Below are positions 51,878 through 62,148 of a DNA stretch of 64,000 bases, one piece after another. Positions within the stretch are counted from its first letter, which is position 1; the number at the start of each line of letters is the position of its first letter. The DNA lies in contig OY970355.1 in the NCBI GenBank assembly GCA_963718525.1, positions 1,056,001 to 1,120,000 of the forward strand, written 5' to 3'. This DNA comes from Candidatus Dormiibacterota bacterium. Lineage in GTDB: Bacteria; Chloroflexota; Dormibacteria; Aeolococcales; Aeolococcaceae. The position numbers and the translations under genes were made by a program. The notes below the pieces were generated by a model. The model did no database searches, had not been told where the DNA came from, and saw nothing but the letters and a program-made list of their open reading frames with translations.

Positions 51878-52093
51878 ATGTCCAAGCGCGCTTCCACCGT
51901 TTCGATCGAGGATCTCGTCGCGGCGATCGAGACCGCCCGCGACAAGGTGATGGCCGATGAGGTCAAGAGCCTCGTCAAGCTGGGCCTCCCCAAGACCGTC
52001 GCGTACAAGATGGTCGCCGACCGGTATCGCCAGCGGGCCGAGGGTGACGACGGAGAAGCAAACTCCGCGAGCCCCTGGCCGGACATGTCCTGA
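51878..52093 (+). CDS. Small helical hypothetical protein
   Basis: Typical GC3-rich codon usage; TAGACT lies 7 nt before the ATG. Confidence 0.65.
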   Translation: MSKRASTVSIEDLVAAIETARDKVMADEVKSLVKLGLPKTVAYKMVADRYRQRAEGDDGEANSASPWPDMS

Positions 52094-52100
52094 CCCGGCG

Positions 52101-52712
52101 CTAGGCGCCGGATCCCGGGGTTGACGCGTCGCGGCTCCGCCCGCGCAGATACCAGGCCACCACCACCACGACGACGACGACCGCGATGACGATCGCGGCC
52201 GTGCCGATCGGCCCGGAAACTTTGGTGTAGTTGGCCCCCACCTCGTATCCGAGGATCGAGAGGAAGGTCACCCAGACCGTCGACCCCAGGAGGGAGAGGC
52301 CGGCGAACCAGAGGGGCTGCATCCTCGCGAGTCCCGCCGGGAACGAGATGTACGTGTGGATGACGGGCAGCATCCTGCCGAAGAAGACCGCCGCCGGCCC
52401 GTAGCGGTGAATCCACTCGTCGGCGGAATCGAGGTGCCGCTCGGAGATCCCGACGCGCCGTCCCGGCCCGAGGAGCAACGGGCGGCCGAAGCGCCGAGCG
52501 AGCCCGTATGCCAGCAGCGCCCCGAGCCAGTTGCCGGCGACCCCGGCGATGATCACGACGACGATGCTGAAGTGGCCGGCAGCGGCGAGCAGGCCTGCCA
52601 CAGGCATGATGACCTCGCTCGGGATGGGCACGCCGCAGCTGTTGACGAGCATCAGCACGAGCACGATGAAGAGCCCACCGCTGGTCACCCATTGGCCGAT
52701 GACTCCGCCCAT
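52101..52712 (-). CDS. DedA family membrane protein
   Basis: PIPSEVIMPVAG and FFGRMLPVIHTYISFPAG motifs. Confidence 0.92.
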   Translation of the reverse strand: MGGVIGQWVTSGGLFIVLVLMLVNSCGVPIPSEVIMPVAGLLAAAGHFSIVVVIIAGVAGNWLGALLAYGLARRFGRPLLLGPGRRVGISERHLDSADEWIHRYGPAAVFFGRMLPVIHTYISFPAGLARMQPLWFAGLSLLGSTVWVTFLSILGYEVGANYTKVSGPIGTAAIVIAVVVVVVVVAWYLRGRSRDASTPGSGA

Positions 52713-52743
52713 CGCCGGGATTGTGGCCTACGCTGCCGCGAGC

Positions 52744-53592
52744 ATGCGCCGCACGCTTCGGCCAACCTCGATACCTCCGTGGCCGGTGCCCTTCGATTCC
52801 AGCGCCGAGCTGGACTGGGGACGCCCCGAGTACGCGCGCCGTCTCCTGCGCGAGCATCTCGACCAGGCGCACGACGGTGCGAGCCGGCGGCGCACGGTGA
52901 TCGCCGGGCAGCTGCGCAGGCTCGGCCGGCTCCTCCCGAAGCCACCCGCTCGGATCCTCGACGCGGCGTGTGGCCCCGGCCTCTACGCGGTCCCGCTCGC
53001 GCAACTCGGCCATGAGGTCACCGGTGTCGACGTGAGCGCTGCCGCCCTCAGGCATGCGCGTGGCCTCGCGCGGGACGCCCACGTGTCCGGCCGGGCTCGC
53101 TTCGTCAAGGCGGATCTGCGTGACCTTCCCCCGTCGGGTCCCTTCGACGCGGCGCTGCTCGTGTACTTCGTCCTCGAGGCCTTCTCACGCGCCGAACAGC
53201 CGAAGGTGCTCGGGCGCATCGCCGCGGCACTCGCGCCGGACGGCGTGCTCATCGCCGAGCTGCGGCTCCGGCCCGACCAGCCCCCCGGCCGCATCGACTG
53301 GTGGGACGTGGTGCCGAGCTCGCTGCTCGCGGAGCGGCGCCATCTGCTCCTCGGCGACGCGGTCTATGACGAGCGCCGCCATACCTACGTGCTTCGCGAG
53401 GTCGCGATCTTCGATGACGGCTCGGTGTCGGTGCAGCAGACCAGCGGGTGGCTCTGCCCCTTCGGATCGATACCGCGGCTCTTCGCTCGCGCCGGCCTGT
53501 CCGACGTCACGACGTTCGACGGGTGGAGTGGCGCCCCGGCGCACGCGCTCTCCGAAACGGTGCTCGTCGTCGCGCGCCGCCGCAAGCCCTAA
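52744..53592 (+). CDS. Class I SAM-dependent methyltransferase
   Basis: ILDAACGPGLY, VTGVDVS and FDAAL motifs. Start uncertain. Confidence 0.88.
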   Translation: MRRTLRPTSIPPWPVPFDSSAELDWGRPEYARRLLREHLDQAHDGASRRRTVIAGQLRRLGRLLPKPPARILDAACGPGLYAVPLAQLGHEVTGVDVSAAALRHARGLARDAHVSGRARFVKADLRDLPPSGPFDAALLVYFVLEAFSRAEQPKVLGRIAAALAPDGVLIAELRLRPDQPPGRIDWWDVVPSSLLAERRHLLLGDAVYDERRHTYVLREVAIFDDGSVSVQQTSGWLCPFGSIPRLFARAGLSDVTTFDGWSGAPAHALSETVLVVARRRKP

Positions 53593-53666
53593 GGCGCCAA
53601 GACCCACGGTGCGAGCGGCTACCATGCGTTCTTCGGTCCGGGAGTCCTGTCTGGAGTTGATTCACC

Positions 53667-55742
53667 ATGCCGACGCCCACCCCTGATCACATCCGCACTG
53701 TCGCCGTCGTGGGACACAGCCACGACGGGAAGACGACACTGTGCGAGGCGTTGCTGCACACCGCCGGAGCAACCCAGCGCATGGGTTCGACCGAGCAGGC
53801 GACCTCGCTCTTCGACCACGAGCCCGAAGAGCAGCGCCACTCGATGAGCATCGGGCTCTCGGTCGCGCATTGCGACTGGAACGGATACCGCGTGAACCTC
53901 ATCGACGCACCAGGGTTCCAGGACTTCGCCGGCGAGGTTGTCGAGGGCCTCGCCGTCGCCGACGCGGCGGTCCTGGTGATCGCGGCCAGCGGGACGGTAC
54001 CGGTCGGCGCCGAGATGGCCTGGGAGATGATCCAGGCCGCCGGTGTTCCCGCGCTGATCGTGATCAACCGCATGGACAAGGAGAACGCCGCGTACGAGGC
54101 GACCGTTGATGCGCTTCGCGAGGCGTTCTCGCGCAAGCCGATTGCTGTCGCGGTGCCGATCGGAGCAGCCGACGGGTTCCGCGGCTACGTCGACCTGGTT
54201 GACGACCGTGCGCACGCCTTCGACGAGCATGGCAGCGCCACCGACACAGCGTTGCCCGACGAGATGAGCGCAGAGATCGAACGCGCGCATGCCGCGCTTG
54301 TCGATGCCGCCGCGGAGAGCGACGATGCGCTGCTCGAGAAGTACCTCGAGGGCACCGAGCTCACCGACGAGGAGGTGCGCACCGCGCTCCACGCGGCGAC
54401 GGCGCGGGGGTCGCTCATACCGATCGTGTGCGCATCGGCGGCCATGGAGAATGGCGCGGGTCTGGTGCTCGACAGCATCGTCCGGTATCTCCCAGGCCCG
54501 ACGGAGCGGACGCGCACGGGCCTGGATCCGAAGGGCAACGACACGACCCTCGCGTGCGACCCGGACGGGAAGCTGTGCGCGTTCGTCTTCAAGACGACCG
54601 TCGACACCTTCGGCAAGGTCTCGTTCTTCAAGGTCCTTCGCGGCACCATGCGCGGCGACAGCCATCCGATCAACCCGCGGCTTGGTCAGGACGAGCGATT
54701 CGCGCAGCTGGGACAGCCCAACGGCAAGGCGATCGTGACTGCCACCGAGGTCGTGGCGGGCGACATCGGGGTCGTCACCAAGCTCAGTCACACGCAGACC
54801 GGCGACACGCTCTGTGCGAAGGAGGTCCCGGTCGTGATGCCGCCATTGCCGTGGCCCGCGCCAAGCGCGTCCGCAGCGATCTTCGCTCGCACCAAGGGCG
54901 ACGAGGACAAGATCATGAGCGGTCTTGCGCGGCTCTCCGAAGAGGACAAGACGTTCTCGACGGATCGAGACCCGGTCACCAACGAGGTGCTCGTCCACGG
55001 CCTGGGTGACGTCCATCTCGACGTCGCCCTCGAGCGCATGAAGCGGAAGTTCGGCGTCGATGCCGAGTTGCATCCGCCTAAGATTCCGTATCGCGAGACC
55101 ATCACTGGCACCGCGCGTGTCGGCCACAAGTACAAGAAGCAGTCGGGCGGCTCCGGTCTGTACGGCGACGCGACGATCGAGATCGAGCCACTCCCCCGTG
55201 GCGGCGGCTTCGAATGGGAGGACAAGATCTTCGGCGGCTCGATCCCGCATCAGTTCCGCCCATCGGTGGAGAAGGGCGTCCGCCAGACCATGGAGCAGGG
55301 AGCGGTGACCGGCAATCCCATCGTTGACGTCAAGGTTCGTCTCGTGGACGGGTCGACCCACAGTGTCGACGGCAAGGACATCGCGTTTCAGATCGCCGGC
55401 GCCATGGCGATGCGGGAGGCGGTGCAGAAGGCGTCGCCGGTGATCCTCGAGCCGATCGTGAACGTGAGCGTCGTCGTCCCCGAGCGCTTCACCGGCGACA
55501 TCATGGGACTGCTGAACTCGAAGCGCGGTCACGTCGGCGGGGTGAACCCGCTCGGAGACGGCCGCGCTGAGGTCAACGCGCACGTTCCCCAGGCCGAGAT
55601 GTACACGTTCCCCGTCGAGTTGCGTGCCATGACCCAGGGTCGCGGCCGGTTTTCGATGGCGTTCGCCAGCTACGAGGAGGTGCCGGCGCACGTCGCTCAG
55701 AAGCTCATCGATGCACACAGCAACGAGCATCCGGCAGCATGA
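53667..55742 (+). CDS. fusA: Elongation factor G paralogue (EF-G2-like)
   Basis: Divergent G1 GHSHDGKTT, DAPG, NRMD, IPYRETI, KKQSGGSG and LRAMTQGRG; not in an str operon. Confidence 0.9.
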   Translation: MPTPTPDHIRTVAVVGHSHDGKTTLCEALLHTAGATQRMGSTEQATSLFDHEPEEQRHSMSIGLSVAHCDWNGYRVNLIDAPGFQDFAGEVVEGLAVADAAVLVIAASGTVPVGAEMAWEMIQAAGVPALIVINRMDKENAAYEATVDALREAFSRKPIAVAVPIGAADGFRGYVDLVDDRAHAFDEHGSATDTALPDEMSAEIERAHAALVDAAAESDDALLEKYLEGTELTDEEVRTALHAATARGSLIPIVCASAAMENGAGLVLDSIVRYLPGPTERTRTGLDPKGNDTTLACDPDGKLCAFVFKTTVDTFGKVSFFKVLRGTMRGDSHPINPRLGQDERFAQLGQPNGKAIVTATEVVAGDIGVVTKLSHTQTGDTLCAKEVPVVMPPLPWPAPSASAAIFARTKGDEDKIMSGLARLSEEDKTFSTDRDPVTNEVLVHGLGDVHLDVALERMKRKFGVDAELHPPKIPYRETITGTARVGHKYKKQSGGSGLYGDATIEIEPLPRGGGFEWEDKIFGGSIPHQFRPSVEKGVRQTMEQGAVTGNPIVDVKVRLVDGSTHSVDGKDIAFQIAGAMAMREAVQKASPVILEPIVNVSVVVPERFTGDIMGLLNSKRGHVGGVNPLGDGRAEVNAHVPQAEMYTFPVELRAMTQGRGRFSMAFASYEEVPAHVAQKLIDAHSNEHPAA

Positions 55743-55817
55743 CGCATGCCGGCAGTCGCGACTACCCGCGCTGACCTGCGGACGGCAGCGAATTTGAATC
55801 CCGCGAAGGAGTACACC

Positions 55818-56522
55818 ATGGGCGAGACGGTCGAATTTCCCAGCAACGGACATACATGTGGCGGATATCTCGCGACGCCACCGAGCGGCAGAGGCCCCGG
55901 GGTCGTGGTCATCCAAGAGTGGTGGGGCGTCAACGCGCACATCCGCGACCTCTGTGACCGCTTCGCCACCGACGGATTCGTGGCACTCGCTCCCGACCTG
56001 TATCACGGCAAGGAGACCAAGGAGCCCGACGAGGCCGGCAAGTTGCTCATGGAACTCGATCTCGCGGAGGCCGCGCGCGACATGCTCGGTGCGGGCAAGT
56101 GGCTTGCGCAGAGCGAGCGCACGGCCGGGGATCGGGTCGGCATCGTCGGCTTCTGCATGGGCGGGGCGCTCGCCCTCTACGCCGCAACGTTGAGCGACGT
56201 CTTCGCTGCGGTTGTTCCCTTCTACCCGTACATGGGTGTGACCGCGGCGGCCAAGCCCGACGTGACCAAGATCAAAGGCGCGGTCCTCGGCCATTTCGCG
56301 GAGAAGGACGAGGCGTACACACCCCAGCAGGTCGAGGCGCTCGAGGCAGAGCTGCGCGGCGCCGGTGTCGACGTCGAGTTCTTCTGGTACCAGGGGGCCG
56401 ACCACGCGTTCTTCAACGACACCCGCCCGGAGGTCTACGACCCCGATGCTGCGCGGCTCGCGTGGGACCGCACCAGGGCGTTCTTCCGGACCCACCTGGC
56501 CACCACCGTCGCTCCGGTCTGA
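55818..56522 (+). CDS. Dienelactone hydrolase family protein
   Basis: IQEWWG, GFCMGG and HAFFND motifs. Confidence 0.93.
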   Translation: MGETVEFPSNGHTCGGYLATPPSGRGPGVVVIQEWWGVNAHIRDLCDRFATDGFVALAPDLYHGKETKEPDEAGKLLMELDLAEAARDMLGAGKWLAQSERTAGDRVGIVGFCMGGALALYAATLSDVFAAVVPFYPYMGVTAAAKPDVTKIKGAVLGHFAEKDEAYTPQQVEALEAELRGAGVDVEFFWYQGADHAFFNDTRPEVYDPDAARLAWDRTRAFFRTHLATTVAPV

Positions 56523-56633
56523 GCAGGTCCGAGGGAGCGCGACCGTCGCGGGGCGGGCTTGTTCGGACCGCGCCCCTTCGGAGCCCTTAGACCGCCCCGC
56601 CAGGGCCTTTTCCACCGCCTCCGGCGGAGGCCC

Positions 56634-56675
56634 GGCCTGAATTCGGCTCCAATTCAGGCCCGATGTGTCTAGAAT
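56634..56675 (+). promoter_or_regulatory. Perfect 10-bp inverted repeat followed by a TAGAAT -10 element
   Basis: GGCCTGAATT-N7-AATTCAGGCC at 56634-56660; TAGAAT at 56670-56675. Confidence 0.6.
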
Positions 56676-56733
56676 GCCCGCAACCTGCCTCCGAGCAGTC
56701 GCAGATCCACCCCCCCACCCACCGGAGGAGCAC

Positions 56734-56880
56734 ATGGCCACTGGCTATTGCCTCAAATGCAAGGAACAGCGCGAGATCAAGGGCGCTGAGGCGATCACGA
56801 TGAAGAACGGCAAACCGGCCACCACCGGGACCTGCCCCGTCTGCGGCACCAAGATCTTCAAGATCGGCAAGGCCGCCTGA
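56734..56880 (+). CDS. DUF5679-like small zinc-ribbon protein (48 aa)
   Basis: YCLKCK...MKNGKPA..GTCPVCGTKIFKI; GGAGGAG RBS. Confidence 0.85.
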   Translation: MATGYCLKCKEQREIKGAEAITMKNGKPATTGTCPVCGTKIFKIGKAA

Positions 56881-57005
56881 CGTTCCTCCGCCAGGCGCCG
56901 CTTGTGGTGTCCGGCCCTGGCGAATTCGGACTGGTGACGGGGTGCATGTGCGCCCCCAAACCAACCTCGCTCTGATCCAGTACCCGCCGCCACGCGCCGG
57001 TAGGG

Positions 57006-58679
57006 TCAGGCGGCTCCGAGCAACTCCTGCTCGAGGAGATCGAGCGGCATCGAGCCCAGGTTCAGCGCATCCATGTGGAATCGCTTGAGGTCGAACCGCG
57101 ATCCGAGCCGCGCCCTGAGCTGACTGCGGATGTCCAACCAGGCTCGCTCGCCGACCTTGTAGCTGATCGCCTGGGCAGGCATCCCGCAATATCGCTCGAG
57201 CTCGCTGCGTGCGAAGCCCGGTCCCGCAAAACCGCAGTACCGGGTGACGAACGGGAGCGCCGTGTCCCAGTCCCAGACACGGCCGGGGTGGTATGCCTCG
57301 TTCTCGGGGATCGCAAGCTGGAGGTGGAGGCCGATGTCGACCACGACCCGCATGGCGCGAAACGCCTGGGACGCGAGCATCCCGAAGCGGTAGTCGGGGT
57401 TCTCGACGTAGCCGAGCTCGTGCATGAGCCGCTCGGCGTAGAGGGCCCAGCCTTCCCCGTGGCCCGAGTACGTTCCCAGCTGGCGCTGGAAGGTGCTGAG
57501 GCGCTCCTGGAACGTCATGCAGAGCCCGATCTGCAGGTGGTGGCCGGGCACCCCCTCGTGATACGCCACCGTGATCTCCGACCAGAGCGGAAACCGCGTC
57601 CGACCCTTGGCGGGATACCACGTGCGTCCGGGGCGGCTGAAGTCCGCCGAGGGTGCGGTGTAGTACATCGCAGCCGCAGTCCCGGGAGGCGCTTCACAGC
57701 ACTCGATCCGGCGTATCTGCTCCGGGATGTCGAAGTGGGACCCGTCGAGATCGGCGATGGTCCGATCAGTCAACTCCTGCAGGTGGGCGAGCAGCTTGTC
57801 GATCCCTTCGATGCTCCGGGCCGGGTCATCCTGCAGCACCTCCCGGGCGCCGTCGACACCCGCGCCGGGCGCGATCTGCTCGGCGGTCGCGGCCATCTCG
57901 GCCTCGATGCGGTGCAGCTCATCCCAGCCCCAGGCGTAGATCTCCTCGGGATCGCGGTTCATACCGAGCCACCTGCGAATCCCGATGGCGTACAGCGCAC
58001 GGCCGACCGCGTCCGTTTCGGGGGCCTGTGGCGCGTACTCGTCGCGTAGGAATCGAGCCATGGCGGCGTAAGCATCGGTGGCTACCCGGGCGCCCTTGCG
58101 GAGCCGCTCCCCGAGCGCATCGTCGTGCGCTGACTGCGCCGCGATGCGCGCGAAGTACGGCGTCTCACCGTCGCCGAGACCGGCCAGGGTCGCAGCTTGC
58201 TCGGCGCAGACCAGCGCCTGGCGGCGCGGAGCGATCCTTCCGGTCGCCAGGCCGTACCGAAGCGATGTCGTGAAGCCGTCGAGCGAGTCGGGCACCTTGC
58301 TCATTCGGGTGGCGATCCGTTCCCAGTCGTCCGGATTCTCGCCAGGACCGAGGTCGAAGGCCATCCGGATGAACGAGAGTGGCGAATCGAAGTTGGACAG
58401 CTGCCGCCACGGCGCTCCGGCCTGATACCCCTCGAGCTCGGCATCCAGGCGGTCACGCATGACGGCCGCGGCGATCCGGTCGGCGTCGTTCTCAACAGCG
58501 GCGCTGTCGAGGGCGCGGATGGTCCGGCGAGCGAGGTCGGCCCTCGCATCCACGCCCTCCGGCGAGAAGTCGGTCACCTCGTCATCGTGTCCCGGCAGCC
58601 CAAGGTCCGTGGCCGTGAAGGGGTCAAGGGCGCAGAGCTCGTCGACGTACGTGTCGGCGAGGCGGAAGACCTCGGTCAC
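57006..58679 (-). CDS. DUF885 family protein
   Basis: [28 protein letters not shown] and QAISYKVG motifs. Confidence 0.92.
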   Translation of the reverse strand: MTEVFRLADTYVDELCALDPFTATDLGLPGHDDEVTDFSPEGVDARADLARRTIRALDSAAVENDADRIAAAVMRDRLDAELEGYQAGAPWRQLSNFDSPLSFIRMAFDLGPGENPDDWERIATRMSKVPDSLDGFTTSLRYGLATGRIAPRRQALVCAEQAATLAGLGDGETPYFARIAAQSAHDDALGERLRKGARVATDAYAAMARFLRDEYAPQAPETDAVGRALYAIGIRRWLGMNRDPEEIYAWGWDELHRIEAEMAATAEQIAPGAGVDGAREVLQDDPARSIEGIDKLLAHLQELTDRTIADLDGSHFDIPEQIRRIECCEAPPGTAAAMYYTAPSADFSRPGRTWYPAKGRTRFPLWSEITVAYHEGVPGHHLQIGLCMTFQERLSTFQRQLGTYSGHGEGWALYAERLMHELGYVENPDYRFGMLASQAFRAMRVVVDIGLHLQLAIPENEAYHPGRVWDWDTALPFVTRYCGFAGPGFARSELERYCGMPAQAISYKVGERAWLDIRSQLRARLGSRFDLKRFHMDALNLGSMPLDLLEQELLGAA

Positions 58680-61135
58680 GCCTCGAGCGCAACCACCGCG
58701 CCCACCCCGGCGATCGACGCGACCCGGTCACCGTCGTCAAGCCGCATGATGATCACGCCCCGGGTCTGGCGCCCGGAGACCCGGACCTGGTCGAGCGGGA
58801 TGCGGATCACCTGACCCGACGTGGAGATCACCATCAGCTCCTCGGACAGGTCTTCGACGACGCGCATGCCGACGATCTCGCCGATCTTCGGAATGGCCGT
58901 CTGGTCGACGGTGTAGACGCCCTGGATGTTCCGGCTCTTGACCGGGTAATCACTCATCGGCGTCAGCTTGCCGAAGCCGTTCTCGGTGATCACGAGCACA
59001 TGACCCTCCGGATTGACGATGTCGAAGCCGGCGACCTCGTCGCCCTTGCGCAGCCGGATCGCCCCGACACCCATGGTGTCACGGCCCATCGGGCGCACTT
59101 CCTTCTCGGTGAATCGCGAGCCCTTGCCCCGGCGGGTCACCACCAGCACCTCGTTGCCGCCGGATGAGCGGCGCACCCAGTTGAGCTCGTCGTCGTCCTG
59201 CAGATTGATGGCGATGAGACCGTTGCGACGCACCGCAGCATAGGCGGCAGCCGGGGTTTTCTTGATCTGACCGAGCTTCGTCACCATCACCAGGTACTGC
59301 TCGTCGCTGAAGACCTCCATGTCGATGAGCGCGGTGACCTTCTCGCCCTGGTCGACCTCGATGAGGTTGATGATCGGGATGCCCTTGGCCTGGCGCTTGA
59401 CGTCGGGAATCTCGTGCGTGCGCAAGCGGAAGACGCGACCCCGATTGGTGAAGAACAGCATGTCGCTGTGCGTGCTCGCGGTCGTCGAGTGTTCGATGTA
59501 GTCCTCGTCAGTCGAGCGCCGCGCACCGACCACTCCCTTGCCGCCGCGATGCTGCGCGCGGTAGTTGTCGAGCGACATGCGCTTGATGTAGCCCCGATGC
59601 GTGAGCGTCACGAAGACCTGCTCCTGGGGAATGAGGTCTTCCTCGTTCATCTCGAGCTCGTCGTGACGGATCTCGCTGCGTCGCGGATCGGCGAAGCGCC
59701 GGCGGAGGTTGGTGACCTCGTCCTTGATCACGCCGTCGATGAGCCGCGGATTGGCCAGCAGGTCCTCGAGCTGCGCGATCTTCTTGATGAGCTCTTCGTA
59801 CTCCTCGCGGAGCTTGCCGCTCTCGAGCCGGGTCAGGCGCCCGAGCCGGAGGTCGACGATCGCTTTGGACTGCCGCTCGGTGAGGCTGAACCGCTGTTCC
59901 AGGGCGGTCTGCGCGGACTTCTCGTCCTGCGCCCCGCGGATGATCGCGATCGTCTCGTCGAGGTTGTCCAGGACGATGGTGAGGCCTTCGAGGATATGCG
60001 CGCGTTCGCGCGCGGTGGTCAGCTCGTGGCGGGTTCGCCGCGTGACCACGGTGCGCCGGTGCGTGATGTAGTGCAGGAGCATCGCCTTGAGGCTCAGCAC
60101 TTGAGGGCGCCCGTCGACGATGGCGAGCATCAGCGCTCCGAAGGTCATCTGCAGCTGGGTGTGCTTGTAGAGGTTGTTGAGCACCGTGTGCGGCCGCGCA
60201 TTCGACTTCAACTCGATGACGATGCGCACCTTGTCCTCACGCCCCAACTCATCGTGCAGGTCGGCGATGCCGTCGATCTTGCGGTCGTTGACGAGCTCGG
60301 CGATGGTCTGCATCAACCTGGACTTGTTCACCTGATACGGCAGCTCACGGACGATGATCTGTTCGCGCCCCGACTTCGACTCTTCGAAATCGACCTGCGC
60401 GCGCATCACGATCCGGCCGCGCCCGGTGCCATACACGTTGGCGATGTCGCGAGTGTAGATGATGCCGCCGGTCGGGAAGTCAGGGCCCTTGACGATTCGG
60501 ATGAGATCCTCGGTCGTGGTTTCCGGGTCGTCGATCAACCGGACCACCGCGTCGCAGATCTCACCCAGGTTGTGGGGTGGGATGTTGGTGGCCATGCCGA
60601 CCGCGATCCCGCTCGCCCCGTTGACCAGGAGGTTGGGGAGCAGCGACGGCATGACCGAGGGTTCGCGCACGCCGGGGACGTTCGCGAAGTTTGGGCCGAA
60701 GTCGACTGTATCCTTCTCGATGTCGTCGACGAGGCTCATGGCCACGGCGGTCATGCGCGCCTCGGTGTACCGGTAGGCGGCGGGCGGATCGCCGTCGACG
60801 GACCCGAAGTTTCCCTGGCCGTCAATGAGCGGGTAGCGCATCACCCACGGCTGCGCCAGCCGGACGAGGGTGTCGTACACGGCCGAGTCACCGTGGGGGT
60901 GATACTTCCCGAGCACTTCGCCGACGACCGCCGCGCACTTCTGGTACCGCGCTCCGGCGGTCATCCCGGTGTCCAGCATCGCCCAGAGGATGCGGCGCTG
61001 CGCCGGCTTCAACCCATCGCGGATGTCCGGCAGCGCGCGGCTGATGATGACGCTCATCGCGTAATCCATGTAGGACGCGCGCATCTCCGCTTCGAGTTCG
61101 ATGGGATGAATCTGTCCGGGCTCGAACACCGCCAT
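58676..61135 (-). CDS. gyrA: DNA gyrase subunit A
   Basis: [29 protein letters not shown] and the GyrA-box QHRGGKG. Confidence 0.97.
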   Translation of the reverse strand: MAVFEPGQIHPIELEAEMRASYMDYAMSVIISRALPDIRDGLKPAQRRILWAMLDTGMTAGARYQKCAAVVGEVLGKYHPHGDSAVYDTLVRLAQPWVMRYPLIDGQGNFGSVDGDPPAAYRYTEARMTAVAMSLVDDIEKDTVDFGPNFANVPGVREPSVMPSLLPNLLVNGASGIAVGMATNIPPHNLGEICDAVVRLIDDPETTTEDLIRIVKGPDFPTGGIIYTRDIANVYGTGRGRIVMRAQVDFEESKSGREQIIVRELPYQVNKSRLMQTIAELVNDRKIDGIADLHDELGREDKVRIVIELKSNARPHTVLNNLYKHTQLQMTFGALMLAIVDGRPQVLSLKAMLLHYITHRRTVVTRRTRHELTTARERAHILEGLTIVLDNLDETIAIIRGAQDEKSAQTALEQRFSLTERQSKAIVDLRLGRLTRLESGKLREEYEELIKKIAQLEDLLANPRLIDGVIKDEVTNLRRRFADPRRSEIRHDELEMNEEDLIPQEQVFVTLTHRGYIKRMSLDNYRAQHRGGKGVVGARRSTDEDYIEHSTTASTHSDMLFFTNRGRVFRLRTHEIPDVKRQAKGIPIINLIEVDQGEKVTALIDMEVFSDEQYLVMVTKLGQIKKTPAAAYAAVRRNGLIAINLQDDDELNWVRRSSGGNEVLVVTRRGKGSRFTEKEVRPMGRDTMGVGAIRLRKGDEVAGFDIVNPEGHVLVITENGFGKLTPMSDYPVKSRNIQGVYTVDQTAIPKIGEIVGMRVVEDLSEELMVISTSGQVIRIPLDQVRVSGRQTRGVIIMRLDDGDRVASIAGVGAVVALEA

Positions 61136-62148
61136 TACGCAGTCACCTCCGCCGGGCTGCGTACCGCGCCCGCGATCACCTTGCTGACACCCTGCTCGGC
61201 CGCGCGCGCAGCTACGCGAATCGCGTTCATGGTTGCCTCTGCGTCCGACCGGCCGTGGGCGATCACCACCTCGCCGGCAACACCGAGCAACAGCGCGCCG
61301 CCGGTCTTCCTGTAATCGACTCGATCCCTGAGCGGCCGCAGCTTCGGCTTGAGGAGCGCTCCGCCGACCTTGCCACCGATGCTTTTGCGAGCCTCACGGG
61401 CGATGCTGGCAAAGAGGAAATCGCCGATGCCCTCGGCAACCTTGAGCACGACGTTGCCAGTGAATCCATCGGTGACCACCACGTCGCAGCCGCCGCGGAA
61501 GATGTCCTTGCCCTCGACGTTACCGGCGAAGTTGACCGGGAGCGCGGCGATGAGCGGATGCGCCGCCTGGACCAGCTCCGATCCCTTTTCCAACTCCTCG
61601 CCGTTGCTGAGCAGCGCGACCCGCGGACGCTCGATACCAAGCATGGTCCGGGCATACACGTCGCCCATCACGGCGAACTGCGCAAGCCATTCCGGCTTGC
61701 AGTCGGTGTTGGCGCCGACGTCGAGGATGAACGTCTGGCCGCCTTCACTGGGGAAGGACGCGCCGATCGCGGGCCTCGAGATGCCGGGAATGCGTTTGAT
61801 GGTGAACAGCGCCGCGGCCAGCATCGCGCCGCTGTTTCCCGCGCTGATCACGCCGCGCGCCAGGCCCTCGGCGACCAGTGCGCAGCTGCGCACCAACGAC
61901 GAGTCGCGTTTGGCACGAACCGCGTTGGCCGGATGCTCGTGCATCTCGATGACTTCGCGTGCATCGACGATGTCGATCCGATCGCCGCTCGCCGCTCCTG
62001 CGCTTCCGAGCTCTGCTTCGATCGCCTCGCGCTTGCCGACCAACGTCACCGTGATGCCATGCTCGCTGGCGGCACGCACTGCGCCGCGTACGATCTCTCC
62101 TGGGGCATGGTCGCCGCCCATCGCGTCGACCGCAATCGGGAGCGGCAT
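61135..62148 (-). CDS. plsX: Phosphate acyltransferase PlsX
   Basis: [35 protein letters not shown] and AHGRS motifs. Confidence 0.96.
   Translation of the reverse strand: MPLPIAVDAMGGDHAPGEIVRGAVRAASEHGITVTLVGKREAIEAELGSAGAASGDRIDIVDAREVIEMHEHPANAVRAKRDSSLVRSCALVAEGLARGVISAGNSGAMLAAALFTIKRIPGISRPAIGASFPSEGGQTFILDVGANTDCKPEWLAQFAVMGDVYARTMLGIERPRVALLSNGEELEKGSELVQAAHPLIAALPVNFAGNVEGKDIFRGGCDVVVTDGFTGNVVLKVAEGIGDFLFASIAREARKSIGGKVGGALLKPKLRPLRDRVDYRKTGGALLLGVAGEVVIAHGRSDAEATMNAIRVAARAAEQGVSKVIAGAVRSPAEVTA

Noticed and set aside
53619-56741. 1040-aa minus-strand ORF
   Set aside because: Antisense shadow of the EF-G paralogue and dienelactone hydrolase; stop-poor frames are expected at high GC and it has no motifs.
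59414-61315. 633-aa plus-strand ORF (similarly 3577-4872, 5601-6971, 22770-24092, 36010-37686, 40679-42076)
   Set aside because: Antisense shadows of well-supported genes.
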